Shown in pieces: positions 49,211-64,000 of a stretch of 64,000 nt of DNA. Made by a program: the position numbers and the translations under genes. Source of the stretch: Macrostomum lignano (lineage: Eukaryota); the NCBI GenBank assembly GCA_002269645.1, contig NIVC01002043.1, forward strand, positions 1 to 64,000, given 5' to 3'. The notes under the pieces are model-generated. The model was not told the origin of the DNA and made no database searches. It saw only the letters and a program-made list of their open reading frames with translations. The first letter of the stretch is position 1; each line of letters starts with the position of its first letter.

Positions 49211-50264
49211 GATTAGAGCCCTGGATGAGGCTGCCTGTGAATGAGAACAGTTCTTCAACTTGTGTTCAAATTATAACAACAACAAACCGCAAGCTCCAGG
49301 GTCAAACCACATGGTTTATCAGCAAAACGAGTGCTTCTAAACTGTCTCAGATAGCAACTTAGTATCCTTGTTTTGCAGGTGTAATTTTCCACAGCATTCA
49401 CTCGTATCTTCGTCAAAAGGACAGGAGAGACAGAAGAGCGGTCCTCTCACACCTCATCCACGTGATATTACAGTGTGCAATCTGCGCAACACTTCACTAT
49501 AGAGAGCTCGAATGCATTATGAAAAAACAAACATAGAAGGCTAAAACAAAAGAGCTGCATGGGCCAGGGACAGCTCTGCCATGGAGTTCTAGAACTAGCA
49601 GCTATCTCTGGATTGGAAACTTTGCTGGATGAAATAACGCGGAAAAGCAAGAAAAATAATGAAAGCAAAAGACCTGGAAACCTCTTTCCTAGTATTAAAT
49701 GTACACTGCATCGGACTTGAAACGTGGCGTGAGGCTCCCAACGTGAACTTAACCGCGTTCCCTTTTTGTCATCAGCTCATCTGGCTGGGTGGTCAGGCCG
49801 TACACCAAGCGGGGCTGAAGTGTACACTTGAAGCAATGTACAGCAGACACTGTACACTGCTGTACAGTTGCAAAGTTGCACCGTAAATGTACATAGCGGG
49901 CAAGGAGAAGTTCGAATCAATTAAAATTCAGCCAGTAAAAAACAGATTTCAAGGTGCTTTGTGGTCACCAATGGCGACGGAGCTAGAAGTGGAAAGCCAG
50001 ACTCGTTATTTTGTCAGCCCTGCCCAAGGTGAGAGCGAGAGACAGCATTAGAAATTAACTCGAAAAAGAAACTGCTTGAGTAAGTCTTCAAAAAATGACG
50101 AAATCCAGTCCGATTGTATGTTTAACCTTGTATTGAAGCAATTTTTGTACACCAGAAATATCATACAGTTAATTATGTAGCCAGAGGAGGGGAGAGAGGA
50201 GACGGTCAGAGGGAATAGAAAAGAGATAAGAGAAATAGGAGAAAGGAGAGGCGAAGGAATAATG

Positions 50265-50715
<451 letters not shown>

Positions 50716-51454
50716 ATAGTGAAGTTTCAAAGGACCCGAGGGCCGAATAGACAGACTTCGCAGGCCGCACGTGGCCGGCCCCTGGTTGACTACGACCTAG
50801 TACTTGTAAGACTGGACTCAAGAAAAAAACCCACACAAACAGCTATTTACACCGGTAAGAGAACTTCGGCAATAATGAAAACTTTAACAAAAAAACTTGA
50901 AATCAAGGGAATCAGTTAAAGGATTGTGCAATTTGGGATAAATTGTGAAAATAGGGATTCATGCGAGCTTATTAGTGCTCTCAGGAACCGAAAATTAATC
51001 TGCCTGGTGAAAAAGTGGTCAGAATTCGTGTAAAAAATTGAGCTAAATGAACGCGTATGAATGAGTACAATTAAATTCATGCATTTCCAATCTACTATTG
51101 AAATAACATTTAAAAGTGCATCAGAAATATGTACATCGCGTGACTTTTTCCGGCTAAAACTGAAATTAGTGAGTTATCTGTTGTGAGCTCGCAGCAAAAT
51201 TGAACTAAGAGCTTCATTAAATTTCAACAACACCTGCCTTTCTGATAAGAATCCAATGTGCATAACAAATAACAAGTGACAGGGTCCACAATGCATTGTG
51301 CTTTCAACTTTGTGTTGAGAATTTCAAGTCTGAACTTCTGAAGTTGAAAGTTAAAAAATTACGTCATCGCCACGCAAAATAACACGGTCTTTGTACAGCA
51401 TCCTGTAGCTACAGAAATATTCATTGGAAAGTTGCAACAGAACGGAAAGAAAAA

Positions 51455-51760
51455 CTAAAGCTTATGGATGTACATATAGGTGGCCTTGCGGTGTCCCACA
51501 ATTTCTCTGTGCCCGATGGCGACCTGCAGGCCGACCGTCTCGCCGGCTGAGAATCGGCGAATCCCGTCAATGGCGCAGCTGGTAAAGTCCCTGGCGCCGC
51601 CCGCTACCGCTGGCTGATGGGCCTGACAGGTAAGCCAGGCGTGGGCGGCTTGCTCCCGGTCAGCCAAACAGTCGTGGTTGCCAAGGCACTCCGTCAGCTG
51701 TGGCGGGTCGATGCGTACGTGCATGCTGGTGTGGTGCGCTATCTTGTCGTAGTAGGCCAC
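51455..51760 (-). CDS. TNF-superfamily ligand terminal exon 4
   Basis: VAYY...SCAIDGIRRFSAGETVGLQV...TYMYIHKL* resembles TNF C-terminal strands (S.y.gg.f.L..Gd.l.v...Tffg.f.L). CTGCAG acceptor, phase 0. Total CDS 759 nt = 252 aa. Confidence 0.82.
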   Translation of the reverse strand: MAYYDKIAHHTSMHVRIDPPQLTECLGNHDCLADREQAAHAWLTCQAHQPAVAGGARDFTSCAIDGIRRFSAGETVGLQVAIGHREIVGHRKATYMYIHKL

Positions 51761-51908
51761 CTGCAGCGGGGTTGGAGCAGAAATCCACTCTCTTTTATTA
51801 GGTTTTGGACGGACTTAAATAGGCTGGAAGTTGACTGCATGTGCGGGTGCTCAAGACGATAGGAAGGAGTGGGGTGGGTGTCTACGAGGGAAGGAGGTGG
51901 GTGTCTAA

Positions 51909-55981
<4,073 letters not shown>

Positions 55982-56070
55982 TCCTTGTGCTCTTTTACCT
56001 TGGGGTTGCGATAGGGGCCTCGCGGCCTATTCGCGGCGCCTGCGCCCCCCGTCAGTAGTAAGTAAGTAAG

Positions 56071-56470
56071 TAAGGGGGAAGGAGTGGGGTGGGTGTCTAC
56101 GGGGGAGGAGTAGGTAGGTGGCTAACGCGAAGGAGTGGGGTGGGTGTCTAAGGGGGAAGGAGTGGGGTGGGTGTCTACGTGGGAAGGAGGTGGGTGTCTA
56201 AGGGGGCAGGAGTGGGGTGGGTGTCTAAGGGGGAAGGAGTGGGGTGGGTGTCTACGGAGGAGGGGTGGGGTGAAGTCTACGGGGAAGGAGTGGGGTGGGT
56301 GTTTAAGGGGGGAGGAGTGGGGTGGGTGTTTAAGGGGGGAGGAGTGGGGTGGGTGTTTAAGGGGGAGGAGTGGGGTGGGTGTTTAAGGGGGGAGGAGTGG
56401 GTGGGTGTCTAACGCGAAAGATTGGGGTGCGTGTCTATGGGGGAAAGAGTGAGGCTGGTGTCTAAGGAGA
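56071..56470. repeat. ~27-bp G-rich minisatellite (continues at 51862-51919 on the other side of the LINE)
   Basis: GGAGTGGGGTGGGTGTCTAAGGGGGAA. Confidence 0.92.
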
Positions 56471-56558
56471 CATGGTGGTAGCCGTCTATGAAGGAGCAAA
56501 TGAGGTGTCGAAGGCGGATTCAAAAGCTGAGAGCAATCAGCAGTTGGATAAGACTCAC

Positions 56559-56716
56559 TCTAGCATAAACGCGGTACAGGCCATCCCTGGGTATTACAAC
56601 TCCAAGCCCATTTTTGGCCACGCGAAAGTCGTTGCCTTTGCAGTTGTCGCTGCCTTTGGCTCCGCCTGACTGTTTGAACGCATCGTCGTGACAGCGCAAT
56701 GGGCCTATTGGAGCGT
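56559..56716 (-). CDS. TNF-superfamily ligand exon 3
   Basis: GLGVVIPRDGLYRVYAR matches the TNF-domain signature LxIPxxGLYxVYxQV. TTCCAG acceptor, AGA|GTGAGT donor; 158 nt. Confidence 0.85.
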
Positions 56717-56811
56717 CTGGAAATGGGGAAAGATGACAATGGTGATTTTTGAACAATGTTTTGTGAAAACACTAATAGTCAAATTTGAGAATTTCTCAAA
56801 GTTTTACTCAC

Positions 56812-56914
56812 TTGAGCAGACGTAGAGACTGCCTTTTTTGCAGGCAAGCTGGTTGGCTTTTCCATTATCACAATTCCGGGTGCCGTTTAAATCTATCACC
56901 ACGGTGATGTGCGG
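56812..56914 (-). CDS. TNF-superfamily ligand exon 2
   Basis: TTGCAG acceptor and A|GTGAGT donor; 103 nt (PHITVVIDLNG...YVCS). Bridges phase 0 to phase 1 exactly as required. Confidence 0.8.
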
Positions 56915-57173
56915 CTGCAATGAACGGAAGAATGAAACAAGAATTTTGCTTTTTGCAGGATTTAACATTTTGTCTCATTCTGGCCATTCCGCTGACTCCT
57001 GAGCACAATACAAGTGTGCCAATACTGTACACAGGACCGCAGTCATGCACACGCTCACACAGGGTGTACAGCGGCCCTGACTTTCTAATCGTCAGGCATG
57101 TACACTCTCTGTGCCTTGGGGGCTGGCCCTCACGCACGTAATCGAACCAGGGTCGCGGTGGGCAACGCTTTAC

Positions 57174-57365
57174 CTTCGAGTCAAGGCGGTACAGCCAGTA
57201 AAACACAGCGGCCTGCAGAGCCAGCAGGAACAAGAACGGCAGAATCACCCAGGCAACGTGAATCCGCCGGCAGAAAACTCGGCTGGACTTTTTCCTCAGC
57301 CTGCCCTGGCCCTGCTCAACCTTCAGGTAGGCCTTGGTGCAATCGTTGTTGTCTGGCTCTGGCAT
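57174..57365 (-). CDS. TNF-superfamily ligand exon 1 (cytoplasmic tail and type II TM helix)
   Basis: 64 codons, MPEPD...RKKSSRVFCRRIHVAWVILPFLFLLALQAAVFYWLYRLDSK. AAG|GTAAAG donor, phase 0. Confidence 0.8.
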
Positions 57366-57463
57366 TGCGACTCCGCCCGGATAGAGGCTTGCACTGCCGC
57401 TGCTGTGAGTAGTATTTTAAACTGTCTGGTTTATTTGACCCACTGTCAAGACAGCATTGCGCT

Positions 57464-57471
57464 TATTTATA
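57464..57471 (-). promoter_or_regulatory. Candidate TATA box of the TNF-like gene
   Basis: TATAAATA on the minus strand ~100 nt upstream of the ATG, with an Inr-like TGACAGT about 30 nt downstream. Confidence 0.4.
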
Positions 57472-57809
57472 TACGAATAAATGCACAGCAGTCCTATTGG
57501 AAATGTATTTACCCGCAGATCCGTCCGTCTTTGCCCGCGTGTCGGCAGCCGAAACCCACGGGGTCCAATCCAGGCCAGGCCCATTGTGTCATGCGCTTTC
57601 GGTGCTTTCCCGGCACCCCCTCCCCAAGATTAGCCCAGCCCTCACCCTCTCTCTCTCTCTCTCTATTGCTACTGCTGAAAAGAAGAAGCGAGCGAGAGAC
57701 AGAATAGAGAGAGAGTGGACAGCTTAAACTTGATTGGCGCAAAAAAATAGCAACATCCGCAGGCGCGCTCTGGGCCACGGAGACCCAGAAAAAGAGCTCT
57801 GGAGTCACA

Positions 57810-58118
57810 AAATAATAATAATAATTGATTACACCTGCCCCAATGGCCAGATGTGCAACCGACAGCTCAGCCGCAGCTATTGCGCGGCGCATCTGAAGGC
57901 TGCGTACGGCTGTTCAGTCCAAGGACTGGGTGGGGAGACGCCAAACACCCTCAATTACCCCAGCTAATGCTGGCATCAATTTTACAGCTGGGTGAACTGA
58001 AGCAATGCAGAGTTTTGTGTCTTGCTCAAGGACACAAGTTATTCCGAGTGGGTCAAGAATCGAACCCCCCACTGTCGAGTCGTGAGTCTGATGCTTTAAG
58101 CAACAGGCTAAACCCCCC
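57810..58118 (-). mobile_element. Probable tRNA-derived CORE-like SINE
   Basis: Minus strand: A-box-like TAGCCTGTTG, B-box GGTTCGATTC, CORE-like GTGTCCTTGAGCAAGACAC...CAGTTCACCCAGCTGTAAAATTG, and a (TTA)n tail. No TSD found. Confidence 0.6.
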
Positions 58119-58919
58119 TGAGCAATTATCTGTTGTGCTTGATCTGGAGTCGCCCCTGCCCCCCCCCCCACATTCAGACAGGTAGGCTGAGCGCACACCT
58201 AAAGTTTCGAAATGCGCCTGACCGCCCGTTGGTTCGATTCCGTGTGCAAACACATCACCTCAAGGCACAGAAAGTGTACACGGCTTTTCATCGACTGCCT
58301 TCTGGCTGACTCCGGCGCATCGTGTTTAACCAAACCTTCGAAGGAAGAGATGTTCAAGCTTGAGATCTCCTTTAGGTCGTCCCCCAGAGCTCTCAACACG
58401 ACAGTCAGAGGAGAAGAAAAACAATAACAGCTCTCGAGAAAGGCATGAGAAACAAGAGAGTCGTTTTGCACTATCGTTTGTGTGCGGTAAAAAAGTTTAC
58501 AGCTCTTTTTTAGTGCAACAAGCCACGAATTTCGGGTCCTCTGTTCTTCAATGCTTCTACGGAAAAGCATTATTTTCAGAACAGCAATCTATGGACGAGC
58601 TGTTTGCTTTATTAGCTCGTGTTTATAGGTAGAAAGTTCGGTTATAATTTAAAGAGCTCTTTTAAAAATGCATTTCATAATTACAAACGGTGAATGGTTC
58701 ACACTTTTTATCAACGAAGAAAACAAAGCTACTAAATTTTATATTTCAGTCTGATGTTGAATTCCTACCGCTGCCTACGTGCAGATCATCGGGAGTTGGC
58801 TTATAGATCTGGATTTTTATGCATGTTTATATATGCTGAATCTTTATATCTATGATTTATATCGATTGAAATCAAAATTTTAAAGTAGCTCGTACAGCTG
58901 GTAAAACAAGTAAAATAGA

Positions 58920-60670
58920 TTTTGGGATCAATCCCTCAGGCTTCTTATTTGTGGGAGCAATCCCTCAGGCTTCCTATCTATGGAATCAATACCTCAGGCT
59001 TCCTATCTGTGGGATCAATCCCTCAGGCTCCCTATCTGTGGGATCAATCACTCAGGCTTCCGATCTGTGGGATCAATCCCTCAGGCTTCCGATCTGTGGG
59101 ATCAATCCCTCAGGCTCCCTATCTGTGGGATCAATCCCTCAGGCTCCCTATCTGTGGGATCAATCCCTCAGGCTCCCTATCTATGGGATCAATACCTCAG
59201 GCTTCTTATCTATGGGATTAATCCCTCAGGCTCCCTATCTATGGAATCAATCCCTCAGGCTCCCTATCTATGGGATCAATCCCTCAGGCTCCCTATCTGT
59301 GGGATCAATCCCTCAGGCTCCCTATCTATGGGATTAATCCCTCAGGCTTCTTATCTATGGGATCTATCCCTCAGGCTCCCTATCTATGGGATCAATCCCT
59401 CAGGCTCCCTATCTGTGGGATCAATCCCTCAGGCTCCCTATCTGTGGGATCAATCCCTCAGGCTCCCTATCTATGGGATTAATCCCTCAGGCTTCTTATC
59501 TATGGGATCAATCCCTCAGGCTCCCTATCTATGGATCAATCCCTCAGGCTCCCTATCTGTGGGATCAATCCCTCAGGCTCCCTATCTGTGGGATCAATCC
59601 CTCAGGCTCCCTATCTTTGGGATCAATACCTCAGGCTTCTTATCTATGGGATCCATCCCTCAGGCTCCCTATCTATGGGATCAATCCCTCAGGCTCCCTA
59701 TCTATGGGATCAATCCCTCAGGCTCCCTATCTATGGAATCAATCCCTCAGGCTCCCTATCTATGGGATCCATCCCTCAGGCTCCCTATCTATGGAATCAA
59801 TCCCTCAGGCTCCCTATCTATGGGATCCATCCCTCAGGCTCCCTATCTATAGGATTAATCCCTCAGGCTTCTTATCTATGGGATCCATCCCTCAGGCTCC
59901 CTATCTATGGGATCAATCCCTCAGGCTCCCTATCTGTGGGATCAATCCCTCAGGCTTCCTATCTATGGGATCAATCCCTCAGGCTCCCTATCTGTGGGAT
60001 CAATCCCTCAGGCTCCCTATCTGTGGGATCAATCCCTCAGGCTCCCTATCTGTGGGATCAATCCCTCAGGCTCCCTATCTATGGGATCAATCCCTCAGGC
60101 TTCCTATCTATGGAATCAATCCCTCAGGCTTCCTATCTGTGGGATCAATCCCTCAGGCTCCCTATCTGTGGGATCAATCCCTCAGGCTCCCTATCTGTGG
60201 GATCAATCCCTCAGGCTCCCTATCTGTGGGATCAATCACTCAGGCTTCTTATCTGTGGGATCCATCCCTCAGGCTCCCTATCTGTGGGATCAATCCCTCA
60301 GGCTTCCTATCTATGGAATCAATACCTCAGGCTTCCTATCTATGGAATCAATACCTCAGGCTTCTTATCTGTGGGATCAATCCCTCAGGCTCCCTATCTG
60401 TGGGATCAATCACTCAGGCTTCCGATCTATGGGATCAATCCCTCAGGCTTCCTATCTATGGGATCAATCCCTCAGGCTCCCTATCTGTGGGATCAATCCC
60501 TCAGGCTTCTTATCCGTGGGATCAATCCCTCAGGCTTCCTATCTATGGGATCCATCCCTCAGGCTCCCTATCTATGGGATCAATCCCTCAGGCTCCCTAT
60601 CTGTGGGATCAATCCCTCAGGCTCCCTATCTGTGGGATCAATCCCTCAGGCCCCCTATCTGTGGGATCAA
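58920..60670. repeat. 29-bp minisatellite (~60 copies)
   Basis: GGGATCAATCCCTCAGGCTCCCTATCT(G/A)T. Confidence 0.97.
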
Positions 60671-61204
60671 TATTAGGTGCACTTAGACACTGCTTGAGCC
60701 GAAAACCCATGCTTTATAAAATACCTTCCCGTTTAAACAATCTGAAACCAAACCACACTCGTAGGTTGCGGTGCATAAGCAAAGTTTGCAGCCTGTCAGA
60801 AAGATAAAACAGCTACGAGTTATCCAAAAACATCCGGAAAAATTTTAGTTTACATAAATAGCCTCGATTCTGCAGCATTTAAGGCATGTTTCATCTCCAT
60901 CCTGCTTTTTTAGCACGGGCTGTGATAACTTTGGATCATAAGAGCCACCCCAGCAACAACTGAATAGTGCAGAGGTGAATGCAGCGCAATGGTCTTATCA
61001 GATTTCCGGACAATAACAGAGCAACTAAATTTAGCATTCTTGATTTTAACTTTGATAGCTCGTAAGTTCTGTGGTCTGAAACGGTGGCCATAAATGGCGC
61101 AGTTATATTGAACTTCTTTAACTTTCTCATTACCTGGTAAACACGTGGCACAAATTTAATTTTAACAAGTGTATTGAACACCTTTCTAAAATTTCTAAAA
61201 TTAT

Positions 61205-61645
61205 TAGCCCGCTATCACACAGGCCATAGACAATAGCCCGCTATCACACAGGTCATAGACAATAGCCCGCTATCACACACAGGCCATAGACAGTAGCCCG
61301 CTATCACACAGGTCATAAACAATAGCCCGCTATCACACAGGTCATAGACAATAGCCCGCTATCACACACAGGTCATAGACAATAGCCCGCTATCACACAC
61401 AGGTCATAGACAATAGACCGCTATCACACACAGGTCATAAACAATAGACCGCTATCACACACAGGTCATAAACAATAGCCCGCTATCACACACAGGTTAT
61501 AAACAATAGCCCGCTATCACACACAGGTTATAAACAATAGCCCGCTATCACACACAGGTCATAGACAATAGACCGCTATCACACACAGGTCATAAACAAT
61601 AGCCCGCTATCACACACAAGTCATAAACAATAGCCCGCTATCACA
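61205..61645. repeat. 31-33-bp minisatellite
   Basis: CAATAGCCCGCTATCACAC(AC)AGGTCATA(G/A)A, ~14 copies. Confidence 0.93.
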
Positions 61646-61847
61646 CAAAGGTCATAGACAATCCTCGTAGCTCACAAAAAAACTAAAATTGAACGAAAAA
61701 CTTCATTTTTAAAACAATTGCGTCATTTAACTGCAGAGACAGTTGTTATGTGTATTAGAATTTAATTGGTCACTTTAGTGACAAAAATACAGTAACGTTG
61801 GCAAACATTAGCAATTTACAAGCAACCGTACAAATCGGTACAATGTT

Positions 61848-61853
61848 TTTATT
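61848..61853 (-). terminator. Candidate PCID2 poly(A) signal AATAAA
   Basis: AATAAA on the minus strand ~200 nt after the stop codon. Confidence 0.35.
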
Positions 61854-62052
61854 AAACAATGCATTAATGCTTTGAATTCACTAAACAGAAAAATGCACAA
61901 GAGAAGTCACATTCCCTCCACAGTACACTACTAGTAGTAGCTAAAAACGGAGAAGTGATTTTCTGTTGATTACGCCTTCAAGTTTTGCTAAAAATCCAAA
62001 ATGCAACCAGGACCACTTTGACAACGGAAATAAAATAAACCATTTCTTATAA

Positions 62053-62205
62053 TCAGTTTGAGCCGCAGGCGAAGATGGACGGGAAAGCCTGCTGCTTGCT
62101 CACAACCAGCTTCTGCTGCTGGTAGGCAATGTAGCCGCGAATCTTGCCTTCATAGATGAGATTGGCCACGATGCACTGGGTCAGCTCCGCGTCAGCGTCC
62201 TCTTC
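62053..62205 (-). CDS. PCID2: PCID2 terminal exon
   Basis: EEDADAELTQCIVANLIYEGKIRGYIAYQQQKLVVSKQQAFP is the PCI winged-helix end; ends in TGA. Confidence 0.93.
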   Translation of the reverse strand, partial: EEDADAELTQCIVANLIYEGKIRGYIAYQQQKLVVSKQQAFPSIFACGSN

Positions 62206-62235
62206 CTGCAGCGTTGAAGCAGAATGAGCATTACT

Positions 62236-62553
62236 GTCCGCCTGTCTGCATCTGTCCGCCTGTCTGCATCTGTCCACCTGTCTGCATCTGTCCGCCTGTC
62301 TGCATCTGTCCGCCTGTCTGCATCTGTCCTGTCCACCTGTCTGCATCTGTCCTGTCCACCTGTCTGCATCTGTCCACCTGTCTGCATCTGTCCGCCTGTC
62401 TGCATCTGTCCGCCTGTCTGCATCTGTCCGCCTGTCTGCATCTGTCCTGTCCACCTGTCTGCATCTGTCCACCTGTCTGCATCTGTCCGCCTGTCTGCAT
62501 CTGTCTGTCTGTCTGCATCTGTCCACCTGTCTGCATCTGTCTGTCTGTCTGCA

Positions 62554-62591
<38 letters not shown>

Positions 62592-62637
62592 AGTCTGTCT
62601 GTCTATGTCTGTCTGTCTGTCTGTCTGTCTGTCTGCA

Positions 62638-62726
<89 letters not shown>

Positions 62727-62743
62727 ATGCATATGTCTGTCTG

Positions 62744-62800
<57 letters not shown>
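62236..62800. repeat. 18-bp (TGTCCGCCTGTCTGCATC)n, (TGTC)n and (TATC)n in the last PCID2 intron
   Basis: Direct reading. Confidence 0.93.
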
Positions 62801-62802
<2 letters not shown>

Positions 62803-62923
62803 GTCATGGGCAATAGTGCGTCTCGCCGGTTGCGTGACAATGTCGCTTAAAGTGCGCCAGGGTGCACATGGCTCCCGTCTCTAATAAAAAATTTATATTC
62901 CCGCACAGTGCAGCATGGCTCAC

Positions 62924-63116
62924 CTGTAGAAACTGCAGAGCAGCCGTGAACGCAGCGATGTCGAGCTGAAAGCTGCCCAAGATGAGGAAGACCTTCTTAA
63001 ACAGATTCCTATACGTGATCATGCGCAGCTTCTCCAGTATCAGGTAGATTCCGCAGCTGATAAAAAACTGCTCGTTGCGCTCCAGTTCCTGCTTCAACTG
63101 CAGGACGTTGCCGCTC
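62924..63116 (-). CDS. PCID2: PCID2 penultimate exon
   Basis: SGNVLQL...FFISCGIYLILEKLRMITYRNLFKKVF...FTAALQFLQ. AAACAG acceptor, CAG|GTGAGC donor; 193 nt. Confidence 0.93.
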
Positions 63117-63267
63117 CTGTTTGATGAGGCAAAAACAAAGAAAACTTGGCTCATTAATAAAGCACTGTTTAATCTGCCAATGCCATCACTGCTTACGCTT
63201 TGCAAAATTTATAAACATTTGAATTTAGTTCAAAGAATAAGCAATTCCGATGCCTGACTTATTGATA

Positions 63268-63790
<523 letters not shown>

Positions 63791-63791
63791 C

Positions 63792-64000
63792 CTGACAGCC
63801 GTGGCGATGCCGCTGAACTGCAGCAAGCTATACTTGCGCAGTAGTTGCTGCCTGGGCAGGGAGCCGAGCAGCATTCGCACCGGGATCAGGTAGATCAGAA
63901 TCTGCCTCTTGTTGCTATGGGCCCGTCTATGGCAGCGGTGAAATGCAAAGCTGAGAAATTTCTGCGCGTCCTGAAAATTGTCCTCAAAGATGGCCTTCCT
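63792..64000 (-). CDS. PCID2: PCI domain-containing protein 2, internal exon (continues past the window end)
   Basis: RKAIFEDNFQDAQKFLSFAFHRC...NKRQILIYLIPVRMLLGSLP matches PCID2/Thp1/CSN12. Donor AG|GTCTGT, phase 2. Confidence 0.92.

Noticed and set aside
56868-57173. The ORF-track extension of the TNF-like ORF past codon 64
   Set aside because: It reads through the GTAAAG donor into the intron; the spliced model restores TNF motifs.
58922-60807. GSIPQAPYLWDQ repeat ORFs and possible CRISPR-like arrays here and at 10317-11676
   Set aside because: Head-to-tail units with no unique spacers, no cas genes, and a eukaryotic context.

Overview
Animal (metazoan) genomic DNA with GC-rich, CpG-rich exons separated by introns packed with tandem repeats. 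The style suggests a Macrostomum-like flatworm, but that is unverified inference. Three host genes were reconstructed by hand from splice signals and reading-frame phase. (1) A 13-exon Eph receptor tyrosine kinase on + (1-47829; ligand-binding domain, Cys-rich region, 2xFN3, TM, kinase, SAM, PDZ tail), whose exon 1 is cut by the window start. (2) A 4-exon, 252-aa TNF-superfamily type II membrane ligand on - (57365-51455). (3) The last three exons of PCID2 on - (64000-62053). Mobile DNA: a young Ty3/Gypsy LTR element (39946-44650) in the Eph kinase intron, with identical LTRs, a tRNA-iMet PBS and a GGGAAAC + pseudoknot -1 frameshift signal; a 5'-truncated LOA/R1-like LINE (51920-56070; APE-RT-RNase H, 14-bp TSD, TAATG stop-start) in the TNF intron; a probable tRNA/CORE-type SINE upstream of the TNF gene; and an unclassified ~8.9-kb element with terminal inverted repeats (14250-23115) carrying a 6.5-kb higher-order satellite. 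About 30 distinct mini/microsatellites account for most of the long low-complexity ORFs in the track. The most unusual signals are that TIR element, inverted complementary minisatellites at both ends of the transposon-containing intron, and a ~19-copy tandem array of an exon end plus its splice donor.
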